Shown piece by piece: positions 48,980-58,149 of a stretch of DNA of 64,000 bases. A program made the translations under genes and the position numbers. Under the pieces are notes generated by a model. The model saw only the letters and a program-made list of their open reading frames with translations, was not told the origin of the DNA and did no database searches. How positions within the stretch are numbered: the stretch's first letter is position 1; each line of letters starts with the position of its first letter. This DNA comes from Paraphysomonas bandaiensis (taxonomy: Eukaryota > Protista > Chrysophyceae). The stretch is taken from positions 1,007,164 through 1,071,163 of the forward strand of contig CBFFRP010000297.1 in the NCBI GenBank assembly GCA_965644295.1, given 5' to 3'.

Positions 48980-49489
48980 ATGGATTACACAACAAGCAAT
49001 AATGATTTAATACATTATCTTATGTTGAAAGGTATAAACCTTAATCAAATAACAAGCAAGAATAAGTTATTAGGCAAAGCTAAGAACAATGGAAACTATA
49101 TAATAAACTTGGAAGATAGTGATAAAGGAAATGGAACACATTGGGTAGCTTTAAAGTGTTTTAAGAATGTTTGTTTATACTTTGACTCATATGGAATTGC
49201 ACCTCCTAGAGAAGTTATAAGTTTTTGCAACAAGAAGAAGTTAATATACTCATGTGACGAAATACAACATAGAAAAGATACCTCTTGTGGATTCTATTGT
49301 GTATACTTTCTTTATCATTTCAACAATCTGAAGAGTTACAAAGACAATATAAGAAACTTAGGATATCACTTAAACTTATTCCTTAAACCATTTGACACAA
49401 ACAACACTGAAAAAAATGTGAGAATACTGAAAGAGAGATTCAATAAACTATATGAAAAAGACTTAAAGACTTATTTTAATTCAAGTTAA
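48980..49489 (+). CDS. Adenain/Ulp1-like maturation cysteine protease
   Basis: IINL, GTHWVAL (His), YFDSYG (Asp), IQ.....SCGFYC (Gln and Cys). Confidence 0.92.
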   Translation: MDYTTSNNDLIHYLMLKGINLNQITSKNKLLGKAKNNGNYIINLEDSDKGNGTHWVALKCFKNVCLYFDSYGIAPPREVISFCNKKKLIYSCDEIQHRKDTSCGFYCVYFLYHFNNLKSYKDNIRNLGYHLNLFLKPFDTNNTEKNVRILKERFNKLYEKDLKTYFNSS

Positions 49490-49532
49490 AGATTTATGTA
49501 AATTTTTAATATCATGTTATTATATAATATAG

Positions 49533-50120
49533 ATGAAAAAACTTTCAACTCCCTCGCAACCACCAAGAGAAACAATGCCTGACACTTATAAATCAATTGT
49601 TGAAGTTAATTCAAATCCTTTTGATTCATACAAGGCATCACCTGACATTCAAAGTCAAGAACCAGTAAGACAAGAAACAGTAAGACAAGGAATAAAGAGA
49701 CAAGAATCCGTTAAAGACTTACCACCGAAGACACTTTATAATCATAATCTCAAACGGCTTAAATCATATAGAAACTTAAGAAAGAAGTATAAACTAGATA
49801 ATCAAAAAGCTATCTTCTTAGAGAACTTGAAAGAAACTTTAAAACCTCTTGACCCAAGAAGCAATAAGTATGACAGTGAGTTATTAGTTGCTGTTTTAGA
49901 CATTGCTGAATACTTCTTTATCTATGGAGATAGAGACCAAAGAAACGCTATGAAAATGGAAGCTGTTGTTGAACTAATGAAACCATACTTTAACAATGAT
50001 GAAACATACTTATTACACAGTATAAACAATGTAATGTATAGAGTTAAAAAGAGTAATGTATTTAGAAGATTAGCAACAAGACTAAGAAATTTTTTTTCAA
50101 TGATGATGAAAGCTTCTTAA
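49533..50120 (+). CDS. Viral hypothetical protein (195 aa; -1 frame extends to 50206)
   Basis: ORF with upstream TATATA motif; T8 run at 50090-50097. Confidence 0.7.
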   Translation: MKKLSTPSQPPRETMPDTYKSIVEVNSNPFDSYKASPDIQSQEPVRQETVRQGIKRQESVKDLPPKTLYNHNLKRLKSYRNLRKKYKLDNQKAIFLENLKETLKPLDPRSNKYDSELLVAVLDIAEYFFIYGDRDQRNAMKMEAVVELMKPYFNNDETYLLHSINNVMYRVKKSNVFRRLATRLRNFFSMMMKAS

Positions 50121-50239
50121 GGGGTCTTCTGAAATCGTTGATTGTTGAGATTCTAGTTAAAGTTATCATTCAAAGAATCTTTCCAATTCTATTAATAGCA
50201 TTGTAAAGTTATAAAACATTTTCTTAATCTATTATATAC

Positions 50240-50561
50240 ATGAGTGATTTCGTAATCTGTTTAAAAAACGAATTGTATGCAATACCAAAGACTAAGAAAC
50301 CACAAGTTCAAACTGAAATATCCAACATAGTCAAACAAATTGAAGGATACAAAGCCTTAATCAAAGACTTAGAAATACAAAAAGAAAAAAACAAGTTGAA
50401 CTTCTTAATGAAAGACAACAGATATATTATAAGAATCCAATCAATAGAAATTTACCAAGTGAACAACTTGAAAAAACTAAAGCTTATGAGAAGAGACAAA
50501 AGTTATTAAAAGAATACGATGATTCACACGGAACTTATATAAAACCTGAACAAGGCTATTA
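50240..50561 (+). CDS. Small coiled-coil viral protein (frame break at the A7 run ~50385-50391)
   Basis: ORF 50240-50509; the -1 frame continues KQVELLNERQQIYYKNP...PEQGY to TAG at ~50561. Confidence 0.55.
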
Positions 50562-50634
50562 GTTTGATTGTTACAATGTTACATATACATATGTATATAT
50601 AATACTAACTAACTAATCACAGCAACACTAAAAC

Positions 50635-50820
50635 TTATAAATTATACATCTTCTGATACTTCTCCATAGTAATAATCATCATCTTTATATCTTCAATCTC
50701 TTTATAACATTTCTTATGATACTCTCTAGACTTCCAATCGTTATTTATACTTCTCATAGCTTTGTTGCAGTGTTTACACTTTGTTTTAATCTCTTTAGGT
50801 TTTCCACTATCTTTAGGCAT
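50635..50820 (-). CDS. Small zinc-finger protein
   Basis: CKHC...HKKC; preceded by both conserved upstream motifs. Confidence 0.6.
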   Translation of the reverse strand: MPKDSGKPKEIKTKCKHCNKAMRSINNDWKSREYHKKCYKEIEDIKMMIITMEKYQKMYNL

Positions 50821-50887
50821 GATATATAATATGTATATATAATATTTTTTTAAATTGTTTTATATTAATTTATTAATTTATATATTA

Positions 50888-52336
50888 TTAATAATATGAA
50901 CCTACATTAGATATAACTTTCGTCGGTGCTGTCCCTGAATTGGTATATATTATTGTTATCGTTTGTAGTATTGCTCCTGATGTTGTTACATTTGAAATGT
51001 CTACGTTTGCGAGTCCGCCAGAGACATTTAAAGTTTGTGACACTGTATTAACTTTTAAAGTGTTTATGTGTGCTTTATAACTTGATGTATCTATTATAAC
51101 TGACACTGTGAAAGAAGTGTTTGTTAAGTTACTTGAATTGACATTCGTTATATCAAGTTGAAAGTTTGTGTCTGCTGTCAATCCATTGAAATATACAATT
51201 GCTCCATTGTTATAATCATATGTCAAAACATCTGATGCAAACGAATATGTTGTGCTGAGTGACTCGCTTATTTGTTTAGTTGTTATATTGCCTGTTATTG
51301 TTCCGCCTGTTAAATTCAATTTTGTATTTTCAAGTGTTGTAATATTACCGTCTATTGTATTTAATAAGTTATCAATTGTATCATTAAATGTATAGTCATA
51401 AACTAAAGAAGAATTCAATTTATTATTAACATTAATAATGTCATTTTTAGTTAATATATCATTAGTGTTTGTTGTTATTTGAGTTTGTAAGTTTGTTATA
51501 TCATTGTCATTGTTTGTTATTTGAGTTTGTAATGATGTTATATCATTATCATTGTTTGTTATTTGAGTTTGTAATGATGTTATATCATTAGTGTTTGTTG
51601 TTATTTGAGTTTGTAAATTTGCTATGTCTGTATCATTGGAATTTATTTGATTCTGCAAATTTGTATCTTCTGTTTGTAGTGTTGTCACGTCATTTTGTAA
51701 GTTTGTTATGTCTGTATCGTTATTAGTAATCTGAGTTTGTAAATTTGCTATGTCTGTGTCGTTATTAGTAATCTGAGTTTGTAAATTTGCTATGTCTGTG
51801 TCGTTATTAGTAATCTGAGTTTGTAAATTTGCTATGTCTGTGTCGTTATTAGTAATCTGAGTTTGTAAATTTGCTATGTCTGTATCATTGGAATTTATTT
51901 GATTCTGTAATATTGTATCTTGAGCTTGTAAATCTGCGACATCAGACTGCAAAGCTGGAATATTAATTAAATCTATGTCTTGAAGAGCATCAAGACCGTT
52001 AAAACTTGCTGTCAATGTGTTTAATTGTGATTGTATAGTTTCATTGGTATTTATTCCGTCTAATGTTTGAATTTCATCTTCAGTAAGGTTTAATAATCTT
52101 GTGTTCATATCCAATAACATCGTGTTCTTTGAATCTGTGAAAGCGACTGTTTGAGGTTCATTATTAATGGTTATGTTCTTACCAGAGACGATTTCAACAT
52201 TCTCCGTAAATCTCGCATTGTCTAATCTTGCATATTCTGCCATGTTTAATATAACTCTTGCTGTTTCTCTCTGTTTAAAGTTCTCTGCGTTGAATATGGT
52301 ATTATTACTTGTTTTCGGCTTCGTATATATTGACAT
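50888..52336 (-). CDS. Fibre/spike-like virion protein B with long coiled-coil stalk
   Basis: N-terminal MSIYTKPKTSNNTIFNAENF, 14-aa repeats NNDTDIANLQTQIT, LNLTGGTITGNI neck, beta-rich head. Confidence 0.75.
   Translation of the reverse strand: MSIYTKPKTSNNTIFNAENFKQRETARVILNMAEYARLDNARFTENVEIVSGKNITINNEPQTVAFTDSKNTMLLDMNTRLLNLTEDEIQTLDGINTNETIQSQLNTLTASFNGLDALQDIDLINIPALQSDVADLQAQDTILQNQINSNDTDIANLQTQITNNDTDIANLQTQITNNDTDIANLQTQITNNDTDIANLQTQITNNDTDITNLQNDVTTLQTEDTNLQNQINSNDTDIANLQTQITTNTNDITSLQTQITNNDNDITSLQTQITNNDNDITNLQTQITTNTNDILTKNDIINVNNKLNSSLVYDYTFNDTIDNLLNTIDGNITTLENTKLNLTGGTITGNITTKQISESLSTTYSFASDVLTYDYNNGAIVYFNGLTADTNFQLDITNVNSSNLTNTSFTVSVIIDTSSYKAHINTLKVNTVSQTLNVSGGLANVDISNVTTSGAILQTITIIYTNSGTAPTKVISNVGSYY
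51460..51900 (-). repeat. 42-bp coding tandem repeats in fibre B
   Basis: GTTATTAGTAATCTGAGTTTGTAAATTTGCTATGTCTGTGTC repeated, plus diverged copies. Confidence 0.9.
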
Positions 52337-52383
52337 CTATATATAATATAACAACATTATTATATTCTATAATTAAATTAGGT

Positions 52384-52974
52384 TTACAATTTTGTTTCGT
52401 AGTTTATCTCAATTCTGGTATGAGATGACATTGAAAATTTCTCATAGGCATCGAATGAGGGTATTCTAAGAGTTTTGACGTTAGCATCAAAGTCAAGATT
52501 TTTTACGAAATAAGGAATTTTAACTATTTTTACATCTCCATAGATATACATATCAAGTTTTTCAATTGAATTTGGTAAATTTGTTATATTTTTATTAGCT
52601 TCATCATTTGTGTCATCGACTTTCAAATCTGTAATTGAATTTGGCAAATTGTTCAGAAACATATGATAAGGTAATACACGATTTATCCCAATATTTTTAA
52701 GTTTGTTGCTTAAGTTATTAACGTAATTATCGCATGGGAATATTGATATTTCAAGTGAATGTATGTTTAGTTTATATGATAATTGATAAATTTGTTTTCT
52801 TATAGTTATATCATCTACATAAATGCCAATTTTTAATGTCTCGCAATTTTCTATTTCATTTATCAATTCTATTTTGTTTAGCAATCGTCCAAATGTATTC
52901 GCCACTGGCAAATACATCTCATCAGCTATAACTCGTAATTCTGTTTCAGACAACTTTTTCAATTCAAGGCTCAT
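52384..52974 (-). CDS. FNIP/IP22-like leucine-rich repeat protein
   Basis: LNNLPNSITDL, ITNLPNSIEKL, IVKIPYFVKNL repeats. Confidence 0.65.
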   Translation of the reverse strand: MSLELKKLSETELRVIADEMYLPVANTFGRLLNKIELINEIENCETLKIGIYVDDITIRKQIYQLSYKLNIHSLEISIFPCDNYVNNLSNKLKNIGINRVLPYHMFLNNLPNSITDLKVDDTNDEANKNITNLPNSIEKLDMYIYGDVKIVKIPYFVKNLDFDANVKTLRIPSFDAYEKFSMSSHTRIEINYETKL

Positions 52975-53035
52975 AATACAATATAATATGTTTATATAAT
53001 ATTTCTTTAAAACATTTTAAAACATTTTATAATAA

Positions 53036-53254
53036 TTATTCATTTATTTGATTCTTCCTTTCTTCAATCATCTTCTTCTCTTCTTGTGTTCGTTTACATA
53101 ATGCTGTCTTATAGTGTAACTTGATTCTATTCTTGCAAACTTGTCTGTCACATAACTCACATTTGACCTTTTCACAATTGTAAGCTATAAGTTTATCTCT
53201 GTTCTTCTTGTAGTATTCTTTCTGATATGCAATGTTCTTTTCTGACTTATTCAT
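53036..53254 (-). CDS. Small zinc-finger protein
   Basis: YQKEYYKKNRDKL followed by CELC...HYKTALC. Confidence 0.65.
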   Translation of the reverse strand: MNKSEKNIAYQKEYYKKNRDKLIAYNCEKVKCELCDRQVCKNRIKLHYKTALCKRTQEEKKMIEERKNQINE

Positions 53255-53351
53255 ATTATTAATAATACTATATATTTTTATTTTTTTAAATTACTTTATA
53301 TAAAATTAACGCAAATGTATCTTTCATATTTTATATATACTTATTATATAT

Positions 53352-54368
53352 ATGAACAATAAATCATTCAATGACATAATAAAAAAACTTGATATTGATG
53401 AAACATTTACTAAAGAAGGAAAGAAGCAAAAGAAATTTAATAATATTAGAAAGAATACTGTTCAAAAGGCTAATTACAACATGATGGCAGATTTGTTAGA
53501 ACTTCCTACAACTTCAAAAGGATATAGATACTGTTTTGTTATATGTGACTTATTCACAAGACGATTTGACATTGAACCAATCAAGAATAAAGATTCTCAA
53601 ACAGTTTTAAATGCTATGAAAGAATGCTTTAAACGACCATATATTGATAAACCTTATGCTTCTATTAGAACAGATGATGGAAATGAATTCAAAGGAGTCT
53701 TCTTCAAATACTTATATGACAACTCAATCTTACATAAAGTTGCTCTTCCTAATAGACATAAACAATTGGCGAGTGTTGAAGCATTAAATAAGCAATTAGA
53801 CAGACTATTCAACGGTTATATGAATAAAAAAGAGAAAGAAACAAAGAAAGTATATCGTGAATGGACTGATATAATACCAATAGTCAGAAAAGATTTAAAC
53901 GAATTCAGAGAAAACTTAACAGTTAATGAACCTGGATTCATTGACCATTCTATTAAACAAAAATATAAAGTAGGTGATGTTGTATATGAAAAACTCAACA
54001 CTCCTGAAAATGCTTTAGGACATAAACAAAATACAAAGAACTTTCGTGTTGGTGATTATAGATATTCACAAATACCAAAGAAGATTATAAAAGTTGCTTA
54101 TTTCACTGATAAACCTTATCACAGATATATATTAGAAGGATTACCTAATGTCTCTTACTCTGAATATGAACTCATGAAAGCTAAAGATGAAAAGGAAACG
54201 AAATATGAAGTTAAAAAGATCATCGGAAAGAGAACAAAGAATAAGAAAACTGAATACTTGATATGGTGGAAGAACTATAGAAAGAATGAAAGCACGTGGG
54301 AACCTGAAAAAAACTTAATTGAAGATGGATTAAAAAACTTGATTGATGAATACAATAAAAAGGATTAA
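53352..54368 (+). CDS. Retroviral-type (rve) integrase with C-terminal chromodomain
   Basis: MADL (D), ICDLFTR, RTDDGNEF (D), VEALNK (E); chromodomain YEVKKIIGKR...EYLIWWKNY...STWEPEKNL. Confidence 0.94.
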   Translation: MNNKSFNDIIKKLDIDETFTKEGKKQKKFNNIRKNTVQKANYNMMADLLELPTTSKGYRYCFVICDLFTRRFDIEPIKNKDSQTVLNAMKECFKRPYIDKPYASIRTDDGNEFKGVFFKYLYDNSILHKVALPNRHKQLASVEALNKQLDRLFNGYMNKKEKETKKVYREWTDIIPIVRKDLNEFRENLTVNEPGFIDHSIKQKYKVGDVVYEKLNTPENALGHKQNTKNFRVGDYRYSQIPKKIIKVAYFTDKPYHRYILEGLPNVSYSEYELMKAKDEKETKYEVKKIIGKRTKNKKTEYLIWWKNYRKNESTWEPEKNLIEDGLKNLIDEYNKKD

Positions 54369-55819
54369 CAATCGTGTGTTTCATCCTTACCCATTAACTT
54401 ATTCGTTCTATGTGAATACAAAAAACCGCACTTTTTACACTTATGAAAATAGGTATTTGTGTTTTTCCATAGTATATTGCCTGTTGTTTTTGATTCTTTC
54501 AATGGTTTGTATTTGTCTTTAAATTCGTGTTTTCTGTTTAATACTATACCATCTGTATGAATTCTTATTATCTTATGTAATATACCTTCTCTATCTATCA
54601 TCTTCGCTACAAAACAACGACAATGTGACATAAGAAATGACTTCATTCTTGCTATGTTGTATTTATAAGGTTGGTCTTTGTCGATCAATGTAAAGTCAAT
54701 CTTTATATTATCATCACTGTCTACACTCATCTTCTCTTTCAATACCTTATATTTTGTATTATTCTTATCTGTTATGTCTGAGACATCTTCATCATCAAGT
54801 TTCATAAACTCCTCTTGATTATAATACAGTTTCTTATGTTCACACAAGTAGCCCCAAATACTAGACATTAAATGCTTGATTAACATATTCTTATTCTTAT
54901 CTTTCATACTCTTTAATTTGTCATACCAACTCTCAAATATAACTTTACTTTCTATTAAGTCATCTTCTTCATATATCATGGTATTATAATCTTTAGCTTG
55001 TTCATTTATCTTAAACTCTAATTCAAAGTTGTCTATTTGTGAATATACATATAACAAGTCTATATGAGTATACCAATTATCACTTGAAAATGAAAACTTC
55101 TTATAAAACTGTGAAGTACTTGTTTTATTCTCACATTCTTTTATTGTTATCTTGACATTGTATACTCCATATTTCAACTTACCTTTTGATAACTTCTTCA
55201 TAAACTTATCTTGAGACATCATCTTGTATTCTGGTTGTGAGGTAGCAATCTTAAAATCACTTTTAGACAGAATATAAGGATAGAAAGCTCCATAGTCGTA
55301 TCCATAACACTTTATAACATCATTTTTATATTCCTCATCTAAACAACAAAGACCAGCATTATGACACTTTTCCAAAACATAAGATTCTTTGAAGTTTATG
55401 TTTTCTAATCTAACTTTCCTATTGTTCATATTTACACTGTTCTTTTTCATATTTGAGAATCTTTCAAATGTCATTATTAAAGCACTCTTATGATTATAAT
55501 ACTTCTTATAAAATATACCATCTTTTAACAATACATCGCAACTTTCTTTAAAGTCTTTCATATACTGTCGTATTCCTTCTTTTGAGCCTTCATAACCGTC
55601 AAACAGTTCAAAGTAATTATAACTTCGTTTATTGTTCATTCCGTCATCATATCTCTCTTGTTCTGTTTGACAATTTAGATCATCTTTATCGTGTGACATG
55701 TAATAGACTTTGCCGCTCTCTCTATAGAAGAATCTTAAATAACGGCTTTCGCCTGTTTCTTTGTTATATACTCTCTCTTCACCATTCTTACTTATGAACT
55801 TTCTCTTATTAATACTCAT
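54365..55819 (-). CDS. Short, divergent family B DNA polymerase (pPolB-related)
   Basis: Motif A YGYDYGAFYP, motif B KHLMSSIWG, ARMKSFLMSHCR, motif C RIHTDGI; no clear exonuclease domain. Confidence 0.8.
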   Translation of the reverse strand: MSINKRKFISKNGEERVYNKETGESRYLRFFYRESGKVYYMSHDKDDLNCQTEQERYDDGMNNKRSYNYFELFDGYEGSKEGIRQYMKDFKESCDVLLKDGIFYKKYYNHKSALIMTFERFSNMKKNSVNMNNRKVRLENINFKESYVLEKCHNAGLCCLDEEYKNDVIKCYGYDYGAFYPYILSKSDFKIATSQPEYKMMSQDKFMKKLSKGKLKYGVYNVKITIKECENKTSTSQFYKKFSFSSDNWYTHIDLLYVYSQIDNFELEFKINEQAKDYNTMIYEEDDLIESKVIFESWYDKLKSMKDKNKNMLIKHLMSSIWGYLCEHKKLYYNQEEFMKLDDEDVSDITDKNNTKYKVLKEKMSVDSDDNIKIDFTLIDKDQPYKYNIARMKSFLMSHCRCFVAKMIDREGILHKIIRIHTDGIVLNRKHEFKDKYKPLKESKTTGNILWKNTNTYFHKCKKCGFLYSHRTNKLMGKDETHDC

Positions 55820-55874
55820 TATTATATATTATATATATATAATAATTCTTTATATTATTTTAAATTGTTTTAAT

Positions 55875-56234
55875 TTATTTTATATTTTTTTTAATATTAT
55901 TATTATTATTATTTTTTACATAAAAATCAACATATTCATACTCATAAAACTTTTTGTCATCTTTAACTTTGTTTTTCATATATTCTATGTCATCCCAGTC
56001 TCTTATATCATTATCTGCGAAACTTTTTATTGTTAGATATCTGTTGTCTATTGTTTTTACTAATATACTTATTCTGTTTCTATCTATATCTTTTTTATCT
56101 ATTAAAGCTCTTGTCAAAGTTCTTATGTCATTAATTGTTACCTTCTTACCTTCTTTAGGTAACAATCTTTTGGCACCTATTCTGTATTTTCCTTTTGTTA
56201 TTTCGCCAACATCTTTAACTTCAAAATTCTGCAT
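55875..56234 (-). CDS. Viral hypothetical protein (119 aa from ATG 56234)
   Basis: ATG preceded by TATATA and the AAAACAATTTAAA motif; lies between helicase and PolB. Confidence 0.65.
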   Translation of the reverse strand: MQNFEVKDVGEITKGKYRIGAKRLLPKEGKKVTINDIRTLTRALIDKKDIDRNRISILVKTIDNRYLTIKSFADNDIRDWDDIEYMKNKVKDDKKFYEYEYVDFYVKNNNNNNIKKNIK

Positions 56235-56289
56235 GTATATATATATAATAAATATATATATTAAAATTTTAAATTGTTTTATATTATTT

Positions 56290-58065
56290 TTAAAAAAAAT
56301 CAGGGAAATTTTCAATATCTATGTCAGTCAAATCTGTCTGTTCTGGTAACATTACGAGATTGACATCTTTGTTAACTTTAGTCTCTTTCGTTGTCTTCTC
56401 TTTTGTCTTGTTGACATCTTTGTTAACTTTGGTCTCTTTTGTCGTGATTAGTTTGTTCTTTGCTTTGATTACAGTGTTTACAGTGTTTACACCAAAGTCA
56501 AATGACTTGTTCAAGTCTTCTTCGTTATATTCATGTTCGTCAAGTTCGTCAAGTTCATCAAGTTCATCTAACTCTTTAATAAACTTATCTTCTTTTGTTG
56601 TCTTCTTGTTATCACTCTTCTCAAGTTCTTTTATTCTTTCTTTCAATAGTTTGATTTCATCTTTCAATCTTTTGACTTCTTCGGCTTCTTCATCTTGAAT
56701 ACAGTTAGTTTCATGAGTGTTATCACCATCAAATTCATCATATTTACATATCCACTTCTCTTTTTCTGCTATAGAATGTAACTCTTTCACAGAATAATTA
56801 TATCTGAATCCATTAGACTTTATAGTTGTTATTTTGACTTCTTCTAGTTTTTGATAAAATGTATTTGCCTTTAATTTTCTTACTCCACTACTTGATGCCC
56901 ATTCTGCGTAGTCATCATATAAACTCTTTCTTGGAACTCTCTTAATTGGTAATCTCTTTAAAACAAACATCTCTTTAATGAATCTATAAGCACTGTCTAA
57001 GTTACTTGATATAGCTACTCTCTTATTCTCTGTCTCTGGAAAGTCTCTTTGAGGATAGTATTTTGAACATTCTTCGTCAGTGATTTCAGTTAGTAAGTAT
57101 GAGAAGAACGCTTCGCCACACTTCATATTAAAACATGTGTCTCTTAAGTTGTTAAAATAATCAAAATCTTGCTTTCTTGCTAAAGATATATCTAATTCTG
57201 CTGCTCTACGTCCTGACGAATCTTTCATATGATAGTTGGTAGTTGCTACATAGTTGTTTATATTAGGTGCATCAAATTGCTTTTCGTATTTGTCAGCATA
57301 CAATGTAGTTTTTTCAGTCACATAAGTTTTAATTTTAGATGAGAATCTTTTATAATCATTGTCTGTTAAGTCTTCAATATCTTCTACTATTACGAATACC
57401 TTACCAAGTAGTAGCTTGTTATTTGCTGTGAGGAAAGGTGATAAATCTGTAACTCTTACTGATACACTGTGTCCAAACACAAACTCATAAAAGAAATCTG
57501 GTTCTGTTGATTTTCCAACTCCTTGAGCACTTGTTCTTCTAACTATTATCAATTCAGTCTTTTTACCTCTTGCTATTAAAGCATACCACAATAACAACGC
57601 CTTCAATGTCTTCTCATCATTGTTACATGAGACCTCTCTCATGAAATCAATAAACTTATAGACTGACTCTTTAGTTTTCTTATCATACTCTTTGAAGGAC
57701 TTGTAATTACTATGTAAGAATGAGCCAGACTCATTTATATAGTATTTAGAATTGTTCTTGTATATTCTCGGTTTACCTATTTTACATGCTATCTTGAAAA
57801 TTTTGTTGTTCTTGTTCATTTGTTTCGTTATCTCTTTTTCTTTTTCAAGTTTTACAAGAACTTCGTTTTTGAAATCTTTTTTAGTCTTCATAACAAATTT
57901 GTCTTCTTCAACATCATAAAAGTAGTATAGACCGCCTTGTATTTCGTAGTAATACTTAAACACATACTTTATTACATCTAGATTGTCTTTAAGTTCTCCA
58001 TGTTTCTCTAAGTGTTGCATCTTTGAAATACTGAAGTCTTCCTTTGGTAAAGTTAGAATTTCCAT
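56290..58065 (-). CDS. Superfamily 3 (D5/NrS-1-like) helicase
   Basis: Walker A QGVGKST, Walker B VIVED, motif C ATTN, arginine finger GRR; winged-helix-like LYDDYAEW..; no primase motif evident. Confidence 0.88.
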   Translation of the reverse strand: MEILTLPKEDFSISKMQHLEKHGELKDNLDVIKYVFKYYYEIQGGLYYFYDVEEDKFVMKTKKDFKNEVLVKLEKEKEITKQMNKNNKIFKIACKIGKPRIYKNNSKYYINESGSFLHSNYKSFKEYDKKTKESVYKFIDFMREVSCNNDEKTLKALLLWYALIARGKKTELIIVRRTSAQGVGKSTEPDFFYEFVFGHSVSVRVTDLSPFLTANNKLLLGKVFVIVEDIEDLTDNDYKRFSSKIKTYVTEKTTLYADKYEKQFDAPNINNYVATTNYHMKDSSGRRAAELDISLARKQDFDYFNNLRDTCFNMKCGEAFFSYLLTEITDEECSKYYPQRDFPETENKRVAISSNLDSAYRFIKEMFVLKRLPIKRVPRKSLYDDYAEWASSSGVRKLKANTFYQKLEEVKITTIKSNGFRYNYSVKELHSIAEKEKWICKYDEFDGDNTHETNCIQDEEAEEVKRLKDEIKLLKERIKELEKSDNKKTTKEDKFIKELDELDELDELDEHEYNEEDLNKSFDFGVNTVNTVIKAKNKLITTKETKVNKDVNKTKEKTTKETKVNKDVNLVMLPEQTDLTDIDIENFPDFF

Positions 58066-58149
58066 ATCTATATAATAGTATTATATTTTATTTTTTTAAA
58101 TTGTTTTATATTAATTTAAAATAATTGTTTTATATTATTTAAGAAAAAG

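Noticed and set aside
51460-51900. Regular repeats resembling a CRISPR array
   Set aside because: Head-to-tail in-frame 42-bp coding repeats with no unique spacers and no cas genes.
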